Positions 25,833-36,691 of a stretch of 56,848 nt of DNA are shown piece after piece. The notes beneath the pieces were generated by a model. That model ran no database searches, was not told the origin of the DNA, and saw only the letters and a list, made by a program, of their open reading frames with translations. The stretch is taken from contig JBFMCP010000008.1 in assembly GCA_040754455.1 (NCBI GenBank), positions 33,483 through 90,330 of the forward strand, given 5' to 3'. The DNA is from Nitrospirota bacterium (GTDB lineage Bacteria > Nitrospirota > Thermodesulfovibrionia > Thermodesulfovibrionales > Dissulfurispiraceae). Position 1 is the stretch's first letter. The number at the start of each line of letters is the position of its first letter. Both the position numbers and the translations under genes were made by a program.

Positions 25833-26993
25833 TTGAAGATGGGACAAAGCAAGGTTGGAAGAAAAGAGAAATACGATGGCCTATTTCAGCGAGGCAAAAT
25901 TTGGTGGATGTCCGTCTCAGAAAATGGAAAGGCCTACAGGATAAGCACCGGGACAGAAAATAGGAAGCAGGCTGAAGCAATTCTGGCGAAAACGAGAACC
26001 GAAATCATTGAGGGCAGATGGTTTGAGTTTTATGAAGCTCGGAAGCGCACTTTCGACGAAATGATGGTTCGATTCATGAGAGAGCATGCACCAACAGTAA
26101 GCGTAAAAATGCAGAAGAGTTACAAGAACTCTCTTGCTCATCTCGAGGAGTTTTTCTCGGGGCTGACACTGAATAAGATCAACCCGGATTTGATTATGCA
26201 GTATGTTGTGCACCGGAGGGAGCAGACTTGTACCCCTCATTCGGAAGACTGCCAGAAATGCAAGCAGAAGCCCGAAACGGATGACTGCCAAGCTCTCAGG
26301 GAGAAGAGAAAGTGCAGGCCGGGGACTCGCAACCGTGAGCTTGCCATGCTGTCGAAGGCTTTTAACCTGGCCCGGCTCTGGAAGTGGACCAAGGAAAATC
26401 CCTGTGAGCTTGTAAAACGCGAAAACGAGGACAACGAACATATCGGCCAGTGTCTACCGGAGGACAAGGAAAAGGCCCTCCTGGAGCTTTGTAGACCTCT
26501 CTGTAACGGGCAGCTCATTGAGATGGTTATTGTTGCCGTGCATACCGGCTTGCGGGGAAGCGAGGTGCTTGGCATGCGATGGGAAAAGGTCGATTTCAAG
26601 GCGAGATCCATTACTGTCATTCAGAAGGGTAATCGCGTTAAGGTCTGCGCTATGAATGATACTGTCCACAATCTCTTGTCGGAAAAGTCGAAGGTACAGA
26701 GCATATCAGGGTATGTATTTGTGACCTCGAATGGTACGCCCTATATTGCCCGCAACATGTACAGGGAGTTTAAGAAGGTGTGCCGCAAAATTGGAATGCC
26801 CAATTTCCGCTTCCACGATCTCAGGCATACGGTCGGGACAAGGCTGGCACAGGCCGGACACGATCTCTACGCGATAGCCAGCGTGCTTGGTCATAGTCAG
26901 CTTTCGACTGCCAAAAGGTATGCTAAGCATAACGTGGAGAGCCTTCATAGGGTCGTTAAGACGCTTGACAAGAAGGATGGTACTAATGGGTGA
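25833..26993 (+). CDS. Tyrosine recombinase (integrase) with a Cys-rich insertion
   Basis: Arm-binding N-terminus (LFQRGKIWWM..RISTGT), HTGLR, QKG, FHDLRH, LGH, RY catalytic residues; adjacent to att. Confidence 0.95.
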   Translation: MKMGQSKVGRKEKYDGLFQRGKIWWMSVSENGKAYRISTGTENRKQAEAILAKTRTEIIEGRWFEFYEARKRTFDEMMVRFMREHAPTVSVKMQKSYKNSLAHLEEFFSGLTLNKINPDLIMQYVVHRREQTCTPHSEDCQKCKQKPETDDCQALREKRKCRPGTRNRELAMLSKAFNLARLWKWTKENPCELVKRENEDNEHIGQCLPEDKEKALLELCRPLCNGQLIEMVIVAVHTGLRGSEVLGMRWEKVDFKARSITVIQKGNRVKVCAMNDTVHNLLSEKSKVQSISGYVFVTSNGTPYIARNMYREFKKVCRKIGMPNFRFHDLRHTVGTRLAQAGHDLYAIASVLGHSQLSTAKRYAKHNVESLHRVVKTLDKKDGTNG

Positions 26994-27004
26994 TCTCAGG
27001 TTGA

Positions 27005-27024
27005 TTTGTCACGATTTTGTCACA
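27005..27024 (+). promoter_or_regulatory. Candidate integrase arm-type site pair (right end)
   Basis: TTTGTCACGATTTTGTCACA tandem repeat 50 bp inside att. Confidence 0.65.
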
Positions 27025-27074
27025 ATGCGTTTTTTAAGAGGGTATGAAGTGGAATCTTACGGTTACAACTTGTT

Positions 27075-27158
<84 letters not shown>

Positions 27159-27354
27159 ACACCAGAGTGATAAACTGAATATTTACAATACAAAAAAAGT
27201 CTCTTCAGCGTCAAGTTCTTTTGCCTTCATCACCTACACAGGGCTTTACTCAAGCAGACTGAAGGGAATAGAGCGCAGCAACTTTTTTTCGGGTTGCCAA
27301 AAAGCTATACTTGAATTATCATATAAAATTCCCTTTGTCCAAAGGAGCTTTGCT

Positions 27355-28563
27355 ATGCAAAAGATCATTACGCCGCTCATTCAGAAGAACGATACGAAAA
27401 TAGCGCTCATTGTCCTCGACGGAGTCGGCGGACTCCCGGTCAATGGTACTACCGAGCTTGAGGCTGCCAAAACGCCGAACCTCGACGCCCTGGCGCGTGA
27501 GTCGGCTTGTGGTCTGCATATTCCGGTTGCGCCTGGCATTACTCCCGGCAGCGGGCCGGGGCACCTCGGTCTCTTCGGCTACGACCCTCTCGAGTGCCAG
27601 ATCGGCAGGGGTATTCTGGAGGCGCTTGGTCTTGACATGGAAGTGAGGAAGACGGATGTGGCGGTCAGGTGCAATTACGCAACCATAAAGGACGGCATTA
27701 TCATCGACCGGCGGGCAGGGAGGATTCCTACTGACCAGAGCAGGAAGCTTACTGAGAAGCTGCAGAAGAATATAACCAGGATCGGCGATGTAGAGGTCAC
27801 TTTTGCTGCCGGCATGGAACATAGGTTTGCGGTGGTGCTGCGCTTCCCCGAACCGCTTGCGCCTGATGCGGCGATGATTCCTGATACGGACCCGCAGAAA
27901 GAGGGCAAAACTCCGTTAAAACCGGTTGGAAAGACAAAGAATGCCGAGAAGGTGGCAGCGATAGCTGACACGCTGATAAGCATGGCGCACGAATTGTTGA
28001 AGAGCGAGGAAAGGGCTAACTTCATTCTTACCAGAGGTTTTTCTGGCTTGCCGCAAATTCCGAACTTCGACGAGGCCTTCGGCCTTAATGCGCTGGCTAT
28101 CGCTACCTATCCCATGTACCGCGGCCTGGCAAAGCTTGTAGGTATGCACGCGCCGGCGCTTGAAGGGAGCGTGGAGGATGAAATCCGATTCCTTAAAGAG
28201 AACTATAACAAGTACGACTTTTTCTTCCTGCATGTCAAGAAGATCGACTCCTATGGCGAAGACGGCAATTTCGAAGGTAAGGCAGCGCGGATCGAGGAGT
28301 TTGATAAGCTGCTGCCGGAGATCCTCGCTATGAAATTCGATGTCATCATGATTACCGGCGACCATTCGACGCCTGCGGTAATGAAAGGCCACAGCTGGCA
28401 TCCGGTGCCGGTGCTCTTGAAATCACCCTACGTGCTCGGTGGTATTTGCGCGGCCTTTTCGGAACGTGAGTGCGTCAAAGGTGAACTCGGCATATTCCCT
28501 ACGGTAAATCTCATGTCTCTCGCGCTCGCCAACGCACTGAGGCTGAAGAAGTTCGGAGCATGA
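27355..28563 (+). CDS. apgM: 2,3-BPG-independent phosphoglycerate mutase (ApgM type)
   Basis: LIVLDGVG, TPGSGPGH, ITGDHSTP, HSWHPVP. Confidence 0.9.
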   Translation: MQKIITPLIQKNDTKIALIVLDGVGGLPVNGTTELEAAKTPNLDALARESACGLHIPVAPGITPGSGPGHLGLFGYDPLECQIGRGILEALGLDMEVRKTDVAVRCNYATIKDGIIIDRRAGRIPTDQSRKLTEKLQKNITRIGDVEVTFAAGMEHRFAVVLRFPEPLAPDAAMIPDTDPQKEGKTPLKPVGKTKNAEKVAAIADTLISMAHELLKSEERANFILTRGFSGLPQIPNFDEAFGLNALAIATYPMYRGLAKLVGMHAPALEGSVEDEIRFLKENYNKYDFFFLHVKKIDSYGEDGNFEGKAARIEEFDKLLPEILAMKFDVIMITGDHSTPAVMKGHSWHPVPVLLKSPYVLGGICAAFSERECVKGELGIFPTVNLMSLALANALRLKKFGA

Positions 28564-29915
28564 TCGATACCCATTGTCATCTTGAGATGGATGCTTTTGA
28601 CCATGACCGCGAAGAGGTCATTAAAAAGGCGAAGGAAGCAGGATTAGAGGCGCTTATCACCATCGGTTCTGATTTCGAGGGCTGCAAAGGCGCGGTCGAG
28701 CTGGCAGAGAAGCATGACTTCATCTATGCTGCGGTCGGCATGCACCCCCACGATGCAAAGGATTTCAACGAGGACATCTTCAATCAGATAAAGACATGGA
28801 CCAAGCGCAATAAGGTCGTCGCCGTTGGCGAGATAGGCCTCGATTACCACTATGATCATTCACCGCGGGAGGTCCAGCGGGAAGTTTTTATCAAGCAGCT
28901 CCAGTATGCGAAAGAAGCAGATCTGCCAGTCGTTGTTCATAGCAGGGAGGCGAAGGAAGATACGCTCAGAATCATCGAAGCATCAGGGATCAGAAAGGGG
29001 GTCATGCACTGCTTCTCGGGAGACCGGGAGATGGCTGAGCGGGTGCTGATGATGGGCCTGCACATCTCCATTGCCGGACCGGTGACCTTCAAGAAGGCGA
29101 TGCAGCTTCAGGAAATTGCAAAGATCATTCCGGATGAATACCTGCTCCTCGAGACCGATGCCCCCTATCTTGCCCCTGAGCCGCACCGCGGCAAAAGGAA
29201 CGAGCCCGCCTTTGTGATCGATACGGCGCGCTTCATTGCGCAACTGCGAGGCGTCTCTTCCGAAGACATTGACCGGATCACCACGGTGAACGCAAAGCGG
29301 CTCTTCGGTATCGGCGATTTGCGCAGGGGCGAGATCGCTTATAAAATACGGGACAGCCTTTATTTGAATGTGACGAACCGTTGCACGAGCAAATGTGTCT
29401 TCTGCGTCCGGTTCAGTTCCGACTTCGTCAAAGGCCATAACCTGCGGCTTGAGAAAGAGCCGACGGAAGAAGAACTGAAGCAGGCCATCGGTGATCCCCG
29501 CCGGTACAAAGAGGTCGTCTTCTGCGGCTACGGCGAGCCCCTGCTCAGGCTCGATCTGATTAAATCACTTGCTTCATGGATCAAGGAAAAGGGTGGCCGG
29601 GTGAGAATCAACACTAATGGCCATGGCAACATTATTCACAAGAGAAATGTTCTTCCCGAATTGCAGGGCCTCGTCGATTCCTTATCAGTGAGCCTCGATG
29701 CACAGGATGAGGGGACGTACAACAAGGTCTGCAAACCGGTCTTTGCAAACGCCTTTACGGAGGTTGTCAATTTTATCCGCGAAGCAACGAAGTATATCCC
29801 TGATGTCCAGGCAACAGTGGTGGCAATGGACGGCGTTGATATTGAGAAGTGCAGGGCATTGACTGACGAGCTCGGGGTGAAGCTGCGGGTGAGAAAGCTG
29901 GATATTGTCGGCTAG
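28560..29915 (+). CDS. TatD DNase fused to a radical SAM domain
   Basis: IDTHCHL, GEIGLDY, ETDAPYL followed by NRCTSKCVFC and FCGYGEP. Confidence 0.9.
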   Translation: MIDTHCHLEMDAFDHDREEVIKKAKEAGLEALITIGSDFEGCKGAVELAEKHDFIYAAVGMHPHDAKDFNEDIFNQIKTWTKRNKVVAVGEIGLDYHYDHSPREVQREVFIKQLQYAKEADLPVVVHSREAKEDTLRIIEASGIRKGVMHCFSGDREMAERVLMMGLHISIAGPVTFKKAMQLQEIAKIIPDEYLLLETDAPYLAPEPHRGKRNEPAFVIDTARFIAQLRGVSSEDIDRITTVNAKRLFGIGDLRRGEIAYKIRDSLYLNVTNRCTSKCVFCVRFSSDFVKGHNLRLEKEPTEEELKQAIGDPRRYKEVVFCGYGEPLLRLDLIKSLASWIKEKGGRVRINTNGHGNIIHKRNVLPELQGLVDSLSVSLDAQDEGTYNKVCKPVFANAFTEVVNFIREATKYIPDVQATVVAMDGVDIEKCRALTDELGVKLRVRKLDIVG

Positions 29916-31156
29916 CTGAGAATTGATGCTGCTTTGCTGATCTCGACCTCCCCCTGCTCTTTCGTCTTGAGGTTCTTCCATTGCACCTTTCCTGCTTTCA
30001 GTTCATTTTCACCGATGATCAGCGCGAATTCGGCACCTAGTCGGTCCGCCTTTCGCAGCTGGCTTTTGAGCGATGCTCCTCCATAATTCGGCTCGACCCA
30101 GAATCCCTTGTTCCGTATCTCCTCGGCAACTTTGAGCCCTTCGATCTCCGCCTCTTTGCCGAGGGTGGCGATGAAGACCTCGGGCGTTGGAATTTTCACT
30201 TCGGTACGCTCTTTCAAGAGCGTTGCAAGTCGCTCCATGCCTATGGCGAATCCAATGGCAGGGGTCGGGGAGCCGCCGAATTCTTCAACGAGTTTGTCAT
30301 ACCTTCCTCCTGCGGCAACCGCCTTTTGCGCACCGAGGTGCTCGCTGGTTACTTCGAAGGTCGTCCTCGTGTAGTAGTCCAGGCCGCGCACAAGATTGGG
30401 ATTCAGCGTATAGCGGACTCCCAGCATGTTCAGCAATGAGATAAGTTCGTTGAAGTGCTCTCTGCATGCACTGCAGAGATAATCGGTCACTACCGGCGCG
30501 CCTTTTCGTGCCTCGATGCAGCGGTCAACCTTGCAGTCGAGGATGCGAAGCGGATTGGTCTGGTATCTCCGCTGGCAATCAGGGCAGAGGTCATTAAGCT
30601 TGCCTTCAAAGAATTTCAGGAGCGCGTTGCGGTAGTCGGGCCGGCAGGCCTCGCAGCCGATGGAGTTCAGCTCGAAATTGAGCTCCTGCAGGCCGATCTC
30701 CTGAAGAAAGTTTCTCAGCATGACGACGATCTCTGCATCGAGCGAGGGCTGCGCACCGCCGAATGCCTCGGCGCCGATCTGGTGGAACTGTCTGAACCTC
30801 CCCTTCTGCGGACGCTCGTACCGGAACATCGGGCCCGCGTAGTAGAATTTCTGGGGGGCGGGCAGTTGGGAGAGGTTGTTCTCTACATAGCACCGCACTG
30901 CCGGCGCCGTCCCTTCGGGCCTTAGGGTAATGCTCCGGTTCCCCTTGTCGGTGAACGTATACATCTCCTTTTCGACGATGTCCGTTGTCTCGCCGATGCT
31001 TCTGATGAAGATATCGGTAGACTCGAAAATGGGGAGGCGGATTTCCTGGAAACCGTAGCGATGAAAGATCAACCGTGCGGTGGCTTCGATGTGCTGCCAG
31101 ATGTGGCTGTCAGGCGGCAGGATGTCCTGGACGCCTTTCGGAGCGCTATACTTCAC
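29912..31156 (-). CDS. hisS: Histidyl-tRNA synthetase
   Basis: LRPEGTA, FRYERPQKGR, RGLDYY, GGRYD. Confidence 0.97.
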   Translation of the reverse strand: MKYSAPKGVQDILPPDSHIWQHIEATARLIFHRYGFQEIRLPIFESTDIFIRSIGETTDIVEKEMYTFTDKGNRSITLRPEGTAPAVRCYVENNLSQLPAPQKFYYAGPMFRYERPQKGRFRQFHQIGAEAFGGAQPSLDAEIVVMLRNFLQEIGLQELNFELNSIGCEACRPDYRNALLKFFEGKLNDLCPDCQRRYQTNPLRILDCKVDRCIEARKGAPVVTDYLCSACREHFNELISLLNMLGVRYTLNPNLVRGLDYYTRTTFEVTSEHLGAQKAVAAGGRYDKLVEEFGGSPTPAIGFAIGMERLATLLKERTEVKIPTPEVFIATLGKEAEIEGLKVAEEIRNKGFWVEPNYGGASLKSQLRKADRLGAEFALIIGENELKAGKVQWKNLKTKEQGEVEISKAASILS

Positions 31157-31619
31157 CAGAATCTTCTCCCTCGCGCTCCTTGTCGAATTCGAGCATCCTC
31201 ATGTGACTCTCGATGAGTCTCTTGATCTCTTCTTTGAAATGGCGCCTGATACCCTTGAGGTCGACGATGTCTTCGTGGATCTTCACGACCTTCTCCTGGG
31301 CCTCTTTCGTCATGTTTTCGGCCTTCAGCTCGGCCTCCTTGATGATGAGCTCGGCTTCCTTCCGCGCGTTGCTCTTGTACTCTTCCACCATCTGCTGCGC
31401 GGTCATCAGGGTCTCGCGGAGAGTGGTTTCCATATTCTTGAATTCCTGGAGCTGCTCATCGGCCCTGCTCAGCTGCTCCTTGACCGAGGCGTTCTCCCTG
31501 AGGAGCTCCTCCAGCTCCTCCCGCACCAGCTCAAGGAATGAATAGACCTCATCGACATCGAATCCCCTGAACCGCATGGGGAACTGCTTCTGCTGAATAT
31601 CGAGCGGCGTAAGTCTCAT
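31146..31619 (-). CDS. divIVA: DivIVA domain protein
   Basis: LTPLDIQQKQF..RGFDVDEV plus coiled coil. Confidence 0.9.
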   Translation of the reverse strand: MRLTPLDIQQKQFPMRFRGFDVDEVYSFLELVREELEELLRENASVKEQLSRADEQLQEFKNMETTLRETLMTAQQMVEEYKSNARKEAELIIKEAELKAENMTKEAQEKVVKIHEDIVDLKGIRRHFKEEIKRLIESHMRMLEFDKEREGEDSGEV

Positions 31620-31622
31620 GAT

Positions 31623-31928
31623 TTAGCCTCCTCCTAATTTATAGCCGATCTTAATAAGTGTCGTGATCAAAAAGCTCTGCACGAACATAATAGCAAGAAA
31701 CACAATGATAGGGGAAATATCTATCGGCCCCAGCCGGTAGCCGATCACCCGACGTATAGGTCTGAGTACCGGCTCGGTGACCGCGTAGAGGAACCGGACG
31801 ATCGGGTTATAGGGGTCGGGGTTCACCCAGCTCAGCAGCACGGCGATCAGGAGAACGATTTTATAGATATCCAGAACGTAATCGAGCACTTTGGCAATCG
31901 CCACAATGAAGTCGCCCAGAACAAACAT
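31623..31928 (-). CDS. yggT: YggT family membrane protein
   Basis: SWVNPDPYNP..TEPVLRPIRR..IDISP. Confidence 0.92.
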   Translation of the reverse strand: MFVLGDFIVAIAKVLDYVLDIYKIVLLIAVLLSWVNPDPYNPIVRFLYAVTEPVLRPIRRVIGYRLGPIDISPIIVFLAIMFVQSFLITTLIKIGYKLGGG

Positions 31929-32011
31929 TGCTCCCCTCCTTTATTCCACGAGAGATTCGGGTGATATACCCTAAAGAGCTACACCACAACAAGGTTTTAT
32001 TTTATCTTATT

Positions 32012-32794
32012 TCAGCTGCCTAATTCCTCCGCCCTTTGCTTGGCAGCGAGCAGCGCTTCGGCAATGATCGCTTTGAGATCGTGCCGTTCGAACTCTTTGA
32101 GTCCTGCGGCGGTCGTCCCTCCCGGGGAAGTCACCATTACCCTGAGCTTCTCGGGAGACATGCCGGTGTCGAGGAGCCGGGCAGTGCCGAGGAGCGTCTG
32201 CTGGGCAAGCTCCGCAGCATCCTCTCGGTTCAATCCCATCTTCACCCCGGCATCGATCATCCCTTCAACGAAGAGGGCTATGAATGCAGGACCGCTGCCG
32301 GAGAGGGCAGTTACCGCATTGATATGCCGCTCGGGCAGGGTGAGCACTTTGCCGACGGACATGAAGATATCCCGTACCGCGGCGACCTCTTTATCGGAAA
32401 AGCACTCGCATAGGGACAAGACCGACATTCCTTCCTGGACGATTGCAGGCGTATTGGGCATGACCCGGACGAGTCTTTTCGTCTTCAGTTTTGATTGTAG
32501 AAAGGCAATGGAGATGCCCGCGGCGATCGATACAACGGTCTTGTCATCGGTAACCGCTCCTGCGATTTCATCAAGAACAGCCGCCATGTTCTGGGGCTTG
32601 ACCGCAAGGACGATGATAGCGGCTGCGGCGGCAACCTCCTTGTTCGAAGGGGTTGTTGCTACGCCGTAGGTCTGCTGCAGGTACGTTCTTCTCTCTTCTC
32701 TCGGCTCAGATACGATGATGCCTTTTTTCCCCTGCGTGGCCATCCCTTTGATGAGCGCCTCTGCCATATTGCCGCCGCCGATGAACCCTATCAT
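32012..32794 (-). CDS. proC: Pyrroline-5-carboxylate reductase
   Basis: [36 protein letters not shown]. Confidence 0.96.
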   Translation of the reverse strand: MIGFIGGGNMAEALIKGMATQGKKGIIVSEPREERRTYLQQTYGVATTPSNKEVAAAAAIIVLAVKPQNMAAVLDEIAGAVTDDKTVVSIAAGISIAFLQSKLKTKRLVRVMPNTPAIVQEGMSVLSLCECFSDKEVAAVRDIFMSVGKVLTLPERHINAVTALSGSGPAFIALFVEGMIDAGVKMGLNREDAAELAQQTLLGTARLLDTGMSPEKLRVMVTSPGGTTAAGLKEFERHDLKAIIAEALLAAKQRAEELGS

Positions 32795-32807
32795 TGTTGC
32801 TCCTTTC

Positions 32808-33509
32808 TCAATGGACGGGCCGTTTTCCAAAAATCCTTGTGCCGATTCGTACCATGGTCGCTCCCTCTCCAATAGCAACTTCGAAATCATCGGACATCCC
32901 CATGGAGAGTTCGGGAAGACGAAAGCCCTTTTGCTCCGCTGCATCTCTCAGTTCGCGCAATCTCCTGAAATAGGGGCGTGCCCTCTCAGGATCATCGAAA
33001 AAGGGAGGCATGGTCATCAGACCCCGGACATCGAGATTGCGCAGCGCCGCTGTCCTCTCCAGAAGAGGGAGGAGTTCCTGTTCCGCTGCTCCGTGTTTGG
33101 TTGTTTCGGCGGAAAGCTTTACCTGAACGAGGATGCGCTGGAGCTTCCCGGTCCGTTCCGCCTGCCTGTTGAGCTCCTCTGCCAGTTCGATTGAATCAAC
33201 GGAATGGATCAGATCAAAGAGCTGTACCGCGTATTTTGCCTTGTTCTTCTGCAAGTGTCCGATGAGGTGCCACTCTATGTTTAGAGCGTGTTCTCCGAGA
33301 AGACCCTTCAATTGCCCTATTTTCTCCCGCGCTTCCTGGACTTTGTTCTCGCCAAACACCCTGAGGCCGATATCGACTGCCTCGCGGAGCACTTCGACCT
33401 CGACGGTCTTGGTCACTGCGATGAGCCTTATTTCTTCGGGACTCCTCCCGGCGCGCATTGCTGCATGGCTTATCTTTTTGAAGGTGTCCGACACACTAAC
33501 TATAAGCAT
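32808..33509 (-). CDS. yggS: PLP homeostasis protein YggS
   Basis: [34 protein letters not shown]. Confidence 0.95.
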   Translation of the reverse strand: MLIVSVSDTFKKISHAAMRAGRSPEEIRLIAVTKTVEVEVLREAVDIGLRVFGENKVQEAREKIGQLKGLLGEHALNIEWHLIGHLQKNKAKYAVQLFDLIHSVDSIELAEELNRQAERTGKLQRILVQVKLSAETTKHGAAEQELLPLLERTAALRNLDVRGLMTMPPFFDDPERARPYFRRLRELRDAAEQKGFRLPELSMGMSDDFEVAIGEGATMVRIGTRIFGKRPVH

Positions 33510-33618
33510 TTGTAGTTTATAGTAGTATCTATTTGTAATAAAAGCAAGACGCTCCGGAAAGGGAGAGCGTGCCTCCGCAACGGCCATTTACCAGGGGGTC
33601 TTATGGTATTATTTAAGT

Positions 33619-35055
33619 ATGTTTGGTGATGCTTCGTTTAATTTTTCCCTGCACAAGAAGCTTATCGTTATCATGCTGTTCCTGAGCTTTATCCTCATCT
33701 CGATCCTGCTCTTTTTCTACTCCCGTTCCGAACAGGCCCTGTTCCGCGAAATCGAGCGACAGACCATGGAGCTCACCAAGGCGATCCAGATCGGCGTTGA
33801 AGAGGTCACCGGCTCGGGGAGCACCGATGAAGCACGGCTGTCCAAATACCTCAAGAGCCAGAACGCCAAAGGGGTCAAGGAAATCTCCATTATCAGCAAT
33901 GCCGATGAAATTGTGGCGAGCACCAATCTGTCGAAGATCGGCCAGCCGATGACGCACAAGAGAAAGGAACTCATTATTAAAGCCGAATTGGGCGAGCCTG
34001 TCTCCGAGGAGGGACAGACCTATAATGTCATTGTGCCGGTCGTCGCGGGCAACACCCAATACGGCTATATTCACCTGAAGGTCAACAAGGACGATTTCTC
34101 CGAAATCCTCAAGGCGAACGCCATCCAGAGAATCCTCGCCACGATCTTTGTCTTCGGCATCGGTATTATCATGACCGTCGTCCTCGCGCGAAGGTATACA
34201 CAGCCCATACAGCAAGTGGTGGATGCCTCGATGAGGGTCGCTGCCGGCGACTTTAATCAGAGCATTCCGGTCAAGGGCAGAGACGAGATCGGACAGCTTT
34301 CAGAGACCTTCAATTTCATGGTGGCGAAATTGAGAGAGAACCGGGTGCTGGAAGAGCGCTTGCGGGAGGCTGAACATCTCTCGGGGGTGGGACAGCTCTC
34401 GAGGAACATGGCGCATGAAATAAGGAATCCCCTCAATTTCATCAATTTGAGCATCGATCACATCAGCGAGAAGTACAAGCCCGAAGAGGCGGAGAAGCTG
34501 GAAAAGTTTGAGCATCTCATCAGCGGCATCAAACAGGAGATCCAGCGGCTCAATAAGCTGGTGAACGACTACCTTGATTACAGCAGGCCCCTCAAGCTCA
34601 ATATCCAGAAGATACGGATAGATACGCTCCTCGAAGATGTGATGGCGTTGGTCTGGGCAAAAGCAGAGGCTGACGGGATTTCAATAGTACGGGAAAAATC
34701 GACGGCTACCGAGCTCAGCGTTGATCCCGATCTCTTTAAATCCTGCATACTGAACATTGTCACCAATGCCTTCCATGCCATGGGGGCTCGAGGAAGAAAA
34801 GGAGTGCTGACCATCAAGGAAGAGGTCAGTGAGAGAGAGTTCATTCTTACTATTGCCGATAACGGTGCAGGGGTTTCGGAGGAACATATGGAGCGTATCT
34901 TCGAGCCCTTCTTTTCGACGAGACAGAACGGGCTGGGCCTCGGCCTTCCTATGACAAAGAGGGTCATGGAGGAGCACGGCGGGAGAGTGGCGTTCTCCAG
35001 CGTTCAGGGCGAGGGCAGCGAGGTCAGGCTGATCCTCCCCATAAAGGACAAGTAA
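33619..35055 (+). CDS. Membrane HAMP sensor histidine kinase
   Basis: Two TM helices, HAMP, AHEIRNPL, GLGLGL. Confidence 0.92.
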   Translation: MFGDASFNFSLHKKLIVIMLFLSFILISILLFFYSRSEQALFREIERQTMELTKAIQIGVEEVTGSGSTDEARLSKYLKSQNAKGVKEISIISNADEIVASTNLSKIGQPMTHKRKELIIKAELGEPVSEEGQTYNVIVPVVAGNTQYGYIHLKVNKDDFSEILKANAIQRILATIFVFGIGIIMTVVLARRYTQPIQQVVDASMRVAAGDFNQSIPVKGRDEIGQLSETFNFMVAKLRENRVLEERLREAEHLSGVGQLSRNMAHEIRNPLNFINLSIDHISEKYKPEEAEKLEKFEHLISGIKQEIQRLNKLVNDYLDYSRPLKLNIQKIRIDTLLEDVMALVWAKAEADGISIVREKSTATELSVDPDLFKSCILNIVTNAFHAMGARGRKGVLTIKEEVSEREFILTIADNGAGVSEEHMERIFEPFFSTRQNGLGLGLPMTKRVMEEHGGRVAFSSVQGEGSEVRLILPIKDK

Positions 35056-35137
35056 GAAGCGAGAGGTAAAGACCAACTTAATCTTCCTCTATACTTCCTA
35101 CTTTGTTTTTACTTCTTACTTATTTTAGTGAGGTGTT

Positions 35138-36532
35138 ATGGCAGTTATAATCGTTATCGATGATGAGTACCGTCAGAGGGATATCCTCAAGACTATCCTG
35201 GAGGATGAGGGCTATGAGGTGCACACAGCATCCTCTGCAGAAGAGGGCCTGAAGCATATAGAGACGCTGCGTCCTGATGTGGTCATTACCGACCTCAAGA
35301 TGGGCGGCATGAGCGGCGTACAGCTTCTGGAGGCGTTGCCTGAGGATGCGGTCAAACCGGCGGTAATCATCATGACGGCGTATGGTACCATCTTCTCTGC
35401 GGTTGAGGCGATGAAGAAGGGGGCTTTCGATTATCTTACCAAGCCTCTTGAGAAAGACAGCATTGTCCTCATTGTAAAAAAAGCAGTGGAGCGGATGCAG
35501 CTCGTCAAGGAAAACATCCGTCTCCAGGATGCCCTCTACCAGAAATTCAAAATGGAGGGCATTGTCGGCGGCTCAAAGCGGATGCAAGAGGTGGTCGAGC
35601 TCGCCAAAAAGGTGACGCCTGCTTCAGTGACTGTCCTGATCTACGGTGAGAGCGGCACGGGAAAAGAGCTCATTGCACGGGCAATTCACTACAACAGCCC
35701 CCGGAAGACCGCACCCTTCGTCGCCATCAACTGCGCTGCGATCCCGGACAACCTGATCGAGAGCGAGCTCTTCGGCTACGAGCCCGGCGCCTTTACCGGA
35801 GCGACCCACAGGAAGCCAGGACTCTTTGAGTCGAGCGACAAGGGAACGATATTCCTTGATGAGATCGGTGATCTTCCCCAGCTTACCCAGACGAAGATAT
35901 TGAGGGTTCTGCAGGACAAAGAGGTCCGGAGGCTCGGCGGTAAAGGCAGCATCAAAGTGGATGTGCGGATCATTGCTGCGACGAATAAAGATCTCGAAAA
36001 GGAAGTGGCAGCAGGGCGATTCAGGGAGGACCTCTACTACCGCCTCAAGGTGGTGACCCTCGAGATCCCTCCCCTGCGGGAGAGAAAAGAGGACATCCCC
36101 GGCCTGGTCAACTTCTTCATCGAGAAATATAACAAGGAATTCGGAAAGAGGATCAGGGGAGCCAGCGACAGTGTCCTGAAAGCACTTCTTGAATATCATT
36201 GGCCGGGCAATATCAGGCAGCTCGAATCGATCATCGAAAGGGCGGTACTGATAAGCGATACTCCGGTTATCGCGCTGAACGACATCAGGAGCGAACTGAG
36301 GCTGTCTCAGGACAAGGGCGTTCTTGATCTCGAAATCCCTGACGAGGGAATAAACTTTGAAGAGCTTGAGAAGGAATTGATCAAAAAGGCGATGCACAAA
36401 GCCAATAATGTGGCGGCAAAGGCTGCACGCCTTTTAGGGATGACCTACAAGACCTTCTGGTACCGCCTGGAGAAGTTCGGTTTGCAGAATATATCCTCAA
36501 AAGAGGATATCGCCCCCGAAAAGAGGAGCTGA
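35138..36532 (+). CDS. Sigma54-dependent response regulator (NtrC family)
   Basis: REC domain, GESGTGKE, GAFTGA, WPGNIRQL, HTH. Confidence 0.95.
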   Translation: MAVIIVIDDEYRQRDILKTILEDEGYEVHTASSAEEGLKHIETLRPDVVITDLKMGGMSGVQLLEALPEDAVKPAVIIMTAYGTIFSAVEAMKKGAFDYLTKPLEKDSIVLIVKKAVERMQLVKENIRLQDALYQKFKMEGIVGGSKRMQEVVELAKKVTPASVTVLIYGESGTGKELIARAIHYNSPRKTAPFVAINCAAIPDNLIESELFGYEPGAFTGATHRKPGLFESSDKGTIFLDEIGDLPQLTQTKILRVLQDKEVRRLGGKGSIKVDVRIIAATNKDLEKEVAAGRFREDLYYRLKVVTLEIPPLRERKEDIPGLVNFFIEKYNKEFGKRIRGASDSVLKALLEYHWPGNIRQLESIIERAVLISDTPVIALNDIRSELRLSQDKGVLDLEIPDEGINFEELEKELIKKAMHKANNVAAKAARLLGMTYKTFWYRLEKFGLQNISSKEDIAPEKRS

Positions 36533-36626
36533 GAGGCTCCGGGATCCAATGAATTTTCTTTAAGCCGCTATTAGTTTTTCAAATATTAGCCTCTTGACCG
36601 GCCTTCCTTTGAAAAAAACTTCAAAA

Positions 36627-36642
36627 TGGCATGAAAGTTGCT
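36627..36642 (+). promoter_or_regulatory. Sigma54 promoter
   Basis: TGGCATG-AAAG-TTGCT, near-perfect -24/-12 match. Confidence 0.85.
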
Positions 36643-36691
36643 TTATGGAAGGTGCCAAAAATTGGGGAAAACACAAAGGAGGTGATTCATA

